From: an uncultured Actinomycetes bacterium
Lineage (GTDB): Bacteria; Actinomycetota; UBA4738; HRBIN12
Direction: 5' to 3'
DNA length: 64,000 bases
Assembly (NCBI GenBank): GCA_963728735.1
Contig: CAVSLX010000013.1
Span: 79,632-143,631 of the forward strand
In this document: positions 58,172 through 64,000 of the stretch, one piece after another
Layout of the letters: each line of letters opens with the position of its first letter
Numbering within the stretch: the first letter of the stretch is position 1
Made by a program: the position numbers and the translations under genes
The notes under the pieces: generated by a model
What the model saw: only the letters and a program-made list of their open reading frames with translations
The model's database searches: none
Told to the model about the DNA's origin: nothing

Positions 58172-58414
58172 CTAGGCGCCGTGGGCGTCCTCGGCCACCA
58201 TGGTGTCGATCTCGGCCCGCGTGTACGTGGTCTGGAAGTACATGTCGTCCACCTTGTCGGGCGACAAGGTGATGACGATCTCCCGAGAGGCATCCGGATC
58301 GAAGGGTGCGCCCGGGGGCACCGGCAGCGGTTCGAACGTGAGCGTCCACGCGGACCCACCCGCCCTCTTGACGAGGATGGCGCCTCGCACCCTGTAGCGC
58401 TGTTCCTCTGGCAT
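58172..58414 (-). CDS. hypothetical small protein
   Basis: 80 aa (MPEEQRYRVRGAILVKRAGGSAWTLTFEPLPV...). Only the C-terminal part of ORF 58172..58675 is protein-like. Confidence 0.35.
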   Translation of the reverse strand: MPEEQRYRVRGAILVKRAGGSAWTLTFEPLPVPPGAPFDPDASREIVITLSPDKVDDMYFQTTYTRAEIDTMVAEDAHGA

Positions 58415-58811
58415 CTCGTCGCATGGTGTCGAGTCTCGGGCGCGATGCAACATTCGTCGAAGGAAAACGGGGACGGGAGCGACACGCGACGACCCCGGGG
58501 AACCCCCCACTTGCGCTCCCCGAGGCCGTGACGATCGGCGGACGGGCGGGGCCGTCGGTTCCCCGCCCATCCGCACGCTCCAGGCGCGGCGAGCCGCTGA
58601 GCGAAAGAGATTGAGCCCGGGGGGCCGGGGTGGGTCTGGCGGCACCCCGGCCCGCACCGGTCTCCCTCTCATCATCGGTCGCGACCGGGGGGGTGGCGCA
58701 TCGACCGGAAGTCGGTTCGTGAGGGACCCAACGGTGGATGCCGTCCGCCCCTTTGGTCGGCTACGGGTCGTCGCTCAGCGGGCCTGACCTCGGCTGTTAG
58801 GCTCGCCCGCC

Positions 58812-59786
58812 GTGAAGGACATCGGGCTCGTCGGCGTCGCGTTCAGCGGCAAGTCCACCCTGTTCACGGCGCTCACCCGCGCCGGCTCCCACGGCGGGCA
58901 GGCCAACGTCGCGGTCGTGCCGGTTCCGGATCCTCGGCTCGGGGTGCTCACCGAGATCGAGCGCTCGAAGAAGACGGTCGCCGCGCAGGTGCGATTCGTC
59001 GACGTGCCGGGCGGCGTCTCGAGCGCCCAGGGCATCGCGCGACTGCGTGAGGTCGAGGCGCTCGCGCTCGTGATCCGGTGCTTCGGCGCCGACGCGGCGC
59101 CGGCCGCCGAGCTCGCGAACGTGCGAAGTGAGCTGCTGCTCGCCGATCTCGCCGTGATCGAGAGCGCGCTCACGAAGGCCACGAAGAAGGCGAAGGGCAA
59201 GCCGGGCCCCGAGGTGGCCGCGCTCGCCGCCGCCAAACGGTCGCTCGAGGACGAAACGCCCTTGCGGGATGCCGGGCTCGACGACGACGGGCTCGGCCAT
59301 CTGCGCGGCATCGCCCCGCTCACGCTGAAACCCGAGGTCGTGCTCGCGAACCTCGAGGAGGGCACCGAGGTGCCGGCCGACCTCCCCGGCGCCGTCGGCG
59401 TGTACGCGTCGATCGAGGCCGAGACCGCCGAGATGGAGCCCGAGGAGGCACGGGCACTCCTCGAGGAGTTCGGGGTCTCGGAGCCGGGGCTCGAGACGGT
59501 GATCGCCGCGGGCTACCGCGCGATCGACCTGATCACCTTCCTCACGACCGGCGAGGACGAAACCCGAGCGTGGGAGGTCCGCCGCGGCGCCAAAGCCCCG
59601 GAGGCCGCCGGCGTGATCCACACCGACCTCGAGCGCGGGTTCATCCGCGCCGACGTGATCACCTACGACGAGCTCGTCGCGCAGGGCTCGATGGACGCTG
59701 CGAAGGCCGCCGGGAAGATCCGCGTCGAGGGCAAGGACTACGTCGTGCAAGAGGGAGACATCCTGCACGTCCGGTTCGCGGTCTAA
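58812..59786 (+). CDS. ychF: redox-regulated ATPase YchF (Obg-family GTPase)
   Basis: G1 motif GLVGVAFSGKSTLFTALT and TGS-like C-terminus (KDYVVQEGDILHVRFAV). Confidence 0.85.
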   Translation: MKDIGLVGVAFSGKSTLFTALTRAGSHGGQANVAVVPVPDPRLGVLTEIERSKKTVAAQVRFVDVPGGVSSAQGIARLREVEALALVIRCFGADAAPAAELANVRSELLLADLAVIESALTKATKKAKGKPGPEVAALAAAKRSLEDETPLRDAGLDDDGLGHLRGIAPLTLKPEVVLANLEEGTEVPADLPGAVGVYASIEAETAEMEPEEARALLEEFGVSEPGLETVIAAGYRAIDLITFLTTGEDETRAWEVRRGAKAPEAAGVIHTDLERGFIRADVITYDELVAQGSMDAAKAAGKIRVEGKDYVVQEGDILHVRFAV

Positions 59787-60229
59787 GCCACCGCGATGCA
59801 CTTCCACTGCAAGCGACGCCGTCGAGCGTCTCGTAGTCCACGATCGCGACCACATCGCCATCCCGGATGACATGCCACAGGTCGGTGCCGTGTGGTCACC
59901 AGGCACCAACGCCACCACCCTGTCCGAGGATTTGATCCCGCCGACGTTGCCTCTGATGAAGCTCTCGCCGCTCGGTAGGAGCACGAGACGAGGGCCTCCG
60001 AATGACACCTGGTCCTCGCCTGGGCAAACGAGAGCCTCGGCTGCGACCGAGCCGATCGGTGTGACCTTCGTCGCCACCACGACCCGGATCATGCTTCCGG
60101 GGACCAGCTCGGCCCCTGTGCCGGGGAAGGTCTCCGTGACCCTCCAGGTGGGCGCGCCGTCGACCGCCCGATACGCGACGGACCATTCCAGACCGTGCTC
60201 CTCGAGCAACCGAAGCGCCTGCTGATCGG

Positions 60230-61339
60230 TCAAGCCGACGAGATCCGGCATGAACACTGCGGTACCGACGTCGGGCGGCGCCGTTGCAACGATCTCGACG
60301 AGAAGAACGTCCGGACGCGCTCGAGGCTTCCGTCGTTCGCCCAGCCGAGCCGGCCGACCTTCCACGTGGGTTCCACGAGGAGGAGGAATCGCCCTGGCTC
60401 CTCAGGCACGGTCACGCTTCCCGAGGACAGATCGAAGGGGATGTCGGGCCCGACGTTCCGCGACCACGCTTCGAGCAGGCCGACGTCGAGGTCCATGGGA
60501 GGCGTGCCCGCAAGGACGATCTGAGCCCCGGGCGCCAGCCTCAGGAGATCTCCGTCGTCGAACACGGGCTCGGCCGGTGGAAACTGGATCCCAGTGTCGC
60601 TGGCTGCCATCTCCCATCCGGACACGAAGGCGTGAACACGGCGACCGTCGAGCCAGGCGACGACCGACGCTCTGGTGGTGGGCGTGTCCTCGAGGACGAG
60701 CTGCAACGTCCCGGAGGGCACGAGCGGGAACGCCCAGAGGAACTCGGTCGTGCCTTTGGACCAGGATGCCTCCACGACGATGACGTACTCACCCTGCTCG
60801 TCAGGAAGGACCGCCGGCCCTTCCTCGAGGTCGAACGACGCGACCGGCGAGCCGTTCCCGTAACCCGCGAGGGTGTAGATCTCGAGCGTCGCGCCGTCGG
60901 CATCACCGGTAAGGGCGACGGTCCCCCGACCGGGAGGGCGACCGGGCTTCGTGGAAGGTCTTGCTCGATCCCGAACCCCTCGGGCACCGGCCAGGTCGTG
61001 GCGTTGACCTTGAGCTCCTGGTCGAGATCGCCGTGCGTCAGCCGTGCGGTCGGGAGGGGCGGATCGACGTCATCGGCGGGCCTGGACAACGTGATCGTGG
61101 CGTCGATCGTGCCGTCGCCTCCGACGGGTGACGGACCTTCTCGGAAGGCCCGGACGGCGAAGGCGCCGGCAGCCGCGAACACGGCGAATGCCACGACGAC
61201 CGTGAACGCTCGCTGACGCGCCGATGGCACAGGCGCGCCGCACCGGTCGCCTGTCGGTCACGCGCTCCCAAGCCGCGTCGGCATCGTCGAGTCGCGGAAG
61301 CTTCGTCAGCTCGCGCTGCCAGCGTTCGGGCATCGTCAT
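60230..61339 (-). pseudogene. membrane-anchored partner of ECF sigma factor (putative anti-sigma), frameshifted
   Basis: N-terminus MTMPERWQRELTKL, like the intact paralog MTERWQRELGKL. The TM segment RQRAFTVVVAFAVFAAAGAFAV and the distal part are in two other frames. Confidence 0.45.
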
Positions 61340-61854
61340 TCCACCTCCTCGGCCCCGAGGATCTCCCGGAGCCGCGTTCGTCCTCGATGCAGATGCACGC
61401 GCGCCGTCGCCGAGGTGATGCCGAGCCGTCGTGCCACGTCGGCGACCGGCAGGTCGACCTCGTAGAACAGGACGATCGCGGCACGCTGGTTCGGCGAGAG
61501 CTGCCGGAGGGCCTCGATGACTCCGTTGGCCTCAGGCGGCCCGGTATCCGGCTCCTCGGGCGCCTCGCGGAGGTCTTCCGACGGCGGAGGTCCTCGGCCG
61601 CGATCCGGAACGCCACCCGATAGAGCCATGCCACCGGCTCGCGGATCCCATCGGCGTACGCGATCGCCCGCGCGAACGCTTCGGCCAGCGCGTCGTCCGC
61701 GATCTCGCGCTCGGCCGCCCGTGTAGGCGTAGAGCGCGCGCCACACGTTCGGCCCCTCGTCACGGAAGAGTTGCTCGAAGTCGTGCGCGGAGTCGACGCG
61801 CACCTGCCGGCGTCCCACCACAGCCACTATGTCGCTCGAGGTCGTCGCATACAC
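61336..61854 (-). pseudogene. ECF sigma factor, frameshifted (region 2.2-3 in alternate frame)
   Basis: Region 4 is intact (LSPNQRAAIVLFYEVDLPVADVARRLGITSATARVHLHRGRTRL). The AEREIADDALAEAFARAIAYADGIREPVAWLYRVAFRIAAEDLRRRK block is only readable in the ORF 61038..61763 frame. Confidence 0.5.
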
Positions 61855-61892
61855 CTTCTCGGGCGTACAGAGGCAGGGAAGCCCGTGAAGGT

Positions 61893-62867
61893 TTACGTGG
61901 TCCGTTCACGTCTCCGCGTTATCCGGGAGATGGGAAAGCCGCTTCCTCCGGATCGCCGGCGTCGCGACGCGACTCGATCCCCGAGCCGGCGCACGCTGGA
62001 ACCCCCCAGCAGCGAGTAGCCGCCATCCATGGCCCCCACGTGGAAGGATGCCGCCACGACACCGCTCCTGACGACCCGAGCTTCGGACCACGGCCACGCA
62101 TCGCCGGCCATCGGGTACCCCGCTTCCTCGATCACGTCATCTGGTAGAAGTCCCGCAACAGCAGCGCGAACGGCAGCTTCGAGCGTGTCGGCGGTTGACC
62201 ATGCGTCGAGAGCCTGCTGGTCCTCACATGGAAGGACGTAGTCGACGTAGTGACCGTTAGGGTCCACGAGCTCGAACACGGCTTCGTGCGCTTCGGGATC
62301 CCAGCTCAGCCCGCCACCGAGCATCTCTTCCCCGCCGGAAACCCCGCCGGAGCTCCCACTCCCTTGCTCCGGACCGGGCTCGCAGACAACACGCACCTCG
62401 CCGACGGGTACCGGGCGCACGAACGTGTCATCGGTACCGGAGCTGCCACTCCACCACGAGCGCGTTTCCAGACGCGTCGACATCAGGCCGATCTCAGGAT
62501 CCGCCAGATCCGTCACCTGCGCGTCCACATGGAGGCCGTCGATCTGTGCAGCGACCACCGGGGTGAGGATCTCGATCCCCGTCGCATCGCAGCGCACTCG
62601 TAGCGCGTCCGCCGGCTCGTCAGCTGCTGAACCTTCGATCGGCCCCGGATCGACCGGCTCAGCTTCGCCCGAGAACGCCTGCAAGGCGAACGCGCCAGCG
62701 GCAGCGAACACGCCGAACGCCACCAAGCCAGCGAGCACCCGTTGCCGTGTGCCCGCCATCGGCGGCACACGGTCGCCGTGCGGACCCTCCTCGATCCGCT
62801 GTCGCACGCGCCGCGGGGCGCTCACGCCCCTGAGCTTGCCGAGCTCCCTCTGCCAGCGTTCGGTCAT
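61893..62867 (-). CDS. membrane-anchored protein downstream of ECF sigma (putative anti-sigma factor)
   Basis: MTERWQRELGKL, then a TM helix (VLAGLVAFGVFAAAGAFALQAF), then a 250-aa extracytoplasmic domain. Confidence 0.6.
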   Translation of the reverse strand: MTERWQRELGKLRGVSAPRRVRQRIEEGPHGDRVPPMAGTRQRVLAGLVAFGVFAAAGAFALQAFSGEAEPVDPGPIEGSAADEPADALRVRCDATGIEILTPVVAAQIDGLHVDAQVTDLADPEIGLMSTRLETRSWWSGSSGTDDTFVRPVPVGEVRVVCEPGPEQGSGSSGGVSGGEEMLGGGLSWDPEAHEAVFELVDPNGHYVDYVLPCEDQQALDAWSTADTLEAAVRAAVAGLLPDDVIEEAGYPMAGDAWPWSEARVVRSGVVAASFHVGAMDGGYSLLGGSSVRRLGDRVASRRRRSGGSGFPISRITRRRERTT

Positions 62868-62872
62868 CGTCG

Positions 62873-63379
62873 TCAGTCCTCCTCGGTGCCGAGCAGCTCG
62901 CGGAGCCGCTTGCGGCCGCGGTGCAGGTGTACGCGCACGGTCGGAGACGCGATGCCCATCCGATCCGCGACCTCGTCGATGTCGAGATCGAGCACGTGAC
63001 GCAGGACGATGGCCGCTCGTTGGTGGGGCGACAGCTCGCGCAGCGCGTCCATCAAGCCGTTCAATTCCGGACCGGCGACCTCGACATCGACCTCCGACGC
63101 CCGTCGTCGGTCGCGGCGGACCTCGTCGATCGCCACGCGGAACCCCACCCGGTAGATCCAGGCCAGCGGGTCACGAAGTCCCGGCCCGTGCGCAACGGCG
63201 CGCGCGAACGCCTCGGCCGTGGCCTCTTCGGCGACGTCGGCGCGCCCGCCCGTGAACGCGAAGAGCGTGCGGAACACGCGGTCGCCCTCGGCACGGAACA
63301 GCGCGTCGAGGTCGCCGGAGACTCCGGTCGAGGACTCCGCGTCGCTCCCGATCAGCTCGGCCTCCACGGTCGCCATCAT
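62873..63379 (-). CDS. RNA polymerase sigma-70 factor, ECF subfamily
   Basis: Region 2 (LAWIYRVGFRVAIDEVRR) and region 4 (LSPHQRAAIVLRHVLDLDIDEVADRMGIASPTVRVHLHRGRKRL). Confidence 0.8.
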   Translation of the reverse strand: MMATVEAELIGSDAESSTGVSGDLDALFRAEGDRVFRTLFAFTGGRADVAEEATAEAFARAVAHGPGLRDPLAWIYRVGFRVAIDEVRRDRRRASEVDVEVAGPELNGLMDALRELSPHQRAAIVLRHVLDLDIDEVADRMGIASPTVRVHLHRGRKRLRELLGTEED

Positions 63380-63417
63380 CGTTCCTCGAAGGAAGACGGG
63401 CGAACGACGCGCGGCGT

Positions 63418-64000
63418 TTACACGGGGCGCGCGTCTTCGCCGAGTCGGCCGATCAGGAAGCGGGCCTCGGTGGGGCCTTTGCCCTTGAGGTCGATGACCA
63501 CGGGACCCTCGAAGCGATAACGATCCTCGAGTCGCTCGAACGTGCCTTGGGAAACGAGGATGCGGCCCGGCTCGCCGCCGGACTCCAGCCTGCTCGCGAG
63601 GTTCACCGTGTCACCCCACAGGTCGTAGGCGAACCGTTCGCGACCGATCACGCCGGCGACCGCCGATCCGCTCGCGACGCCGATGCGTACCCGTATCGGG
63701 TCGCCGGCGGGCCACTCGGCGCCGGTGAGCGCTCCCAGGATCCCGAGCGCCATCTCGGCGATCGCGTCGGCGTGATCGCCGCGCGGCTCGGGCGCTCCCC
63801 CGACCACCATGTAGGCGTCGCCCACCGTCTTGATCTTCTCGAGGCCGAGGCGCGACGCCAGCACGTCGAAGCGCGTGAACACGTCGTCGAGCGTCTCGAT
63901 CAGGTCCTGCGGGTCCATCCGTCCGGCGTGGCCGGTGAAGTCGACGAGGTCGGCGAACAGGACGCTGACCTCGGGCAGACCCTCCGCGAGCTGGCGGACC
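63418..64000 (-). CDS. adenylate/guanylate cyclase catalytic domain protein (partial, 5' end beyond window)
   Basis: KIKTVGDAYMVVGG, VRIGVASGSAVAGVIG, GDTVNLASRLES; class III CHD motifs. The ORF runs off the window end. Confidence 0.8.
   Translation of the reverse strand, partial: VRQLAEGLPEVSVLFADLVDFTGHAGRMDPQDLIETLDDVFTRFDVLASRLGLEKIKTVGDAYMVVGGAPEPRGDHADAIAEMALGILGALTGAEWPAGDPIRVRIGVASGSAVAGVIGRERFAYDLWGDTVNLASRLESGGEPGRILVSQGTFERLEDRYRFEGPVVIDLKGKGPTEARFLIGRLGEDARPV

Noticed and set aside
1-64000. Search for CRISPR arrays, rRNA or tRNA genes
   Set aside because: No regularly spaced direct repeats, no cloverleaf-like conserved tRNA boxes and no rRNA-like conserved stretches were noticed by eye. 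An exhaustive scan (tRNAscan-SE/Infernal) was not possible.

Overview
This is a high-GC (about 70%) window that looks like chromosomal DNA from an actinobacterium. It is gene-dense on both strands, with many 4-nt start/stop overlaps (ATGA/GTGA) that point to operons. I found no rRNA, tRNA or CRISPR array. Many of the long ORFs in the six-frame track are Arg/Ala/Gly/Pro-rich antisense or out-of-frame artefacts of the GC content and were discarded.

Small stress/detox genes are unusually frequent: five VOC/glyoxalase genes, two cupins, two SRPBCC genes, a SnoaL-like gene and a pirin.

The main modules are:
- An ABC-2 exporter pair at 0.9-2.7 kb.
- ArsR plus an Aha1-like SRPBCC gene plus a VOC gene.
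- An ECF sigma factor with a TolB-like anti-sigma factor.
- A class III adenylate cyclase.
- A larB-larC-larE operon (nickel-pincer cofactor synthesis) in which LarE is fused in frame to a VOC domain.
- A PadR/ABC ATPase/FtsX permease operon, divergent from an Erm-family rRNA methyltransferase.
- A TetR regulator with a DCC oxidoreductase.
- A RES-Xre toxin-antitoxin pair.
- A PepSY protein with an OmpR-type two-component system.
- A TetR regulator with an SRPBCC gene and a palindromic operator.
- A PAS-PAS-GGDEF-EAL protein.
- A PAC2 family protein.
- A candidate cobalamin riboswitch (about 37.64-37.88 kb). It heads an operon with a secreted alpha/alpha-barrel (prenyltransferase-like) protein, a DUF4430-like surface-anchored protein, ECF transporter T/AA'/membrane components, and a His-rich small protein.
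- A PadR-ino1-MFS block riddled with frameshifts (41.7-46.8 kb).
- An MFS-MarR pair and a TusA plus DsrE-like sulfur-relay pair.
- A GNAT acetyltransferase and a DHA2 MFS transporter.
- A metzincin-like protease, divergent from three tandem secreted beta-helix / Ca-repeat paralogs.
- The divergent sodX-sodN (Ni-SOD) pair and ychF.
- Two tandem ECF sigma / membrane-partner pairs, one intact and one frameshifted.
- A partial adenylate cyclase at the window end.

Two copies of a roughly 138-bp element with terminal inverted repeats (MITE-like) lie in intergenic DNA at 14.47-14.61 kb and 23.82-23.96 kb.
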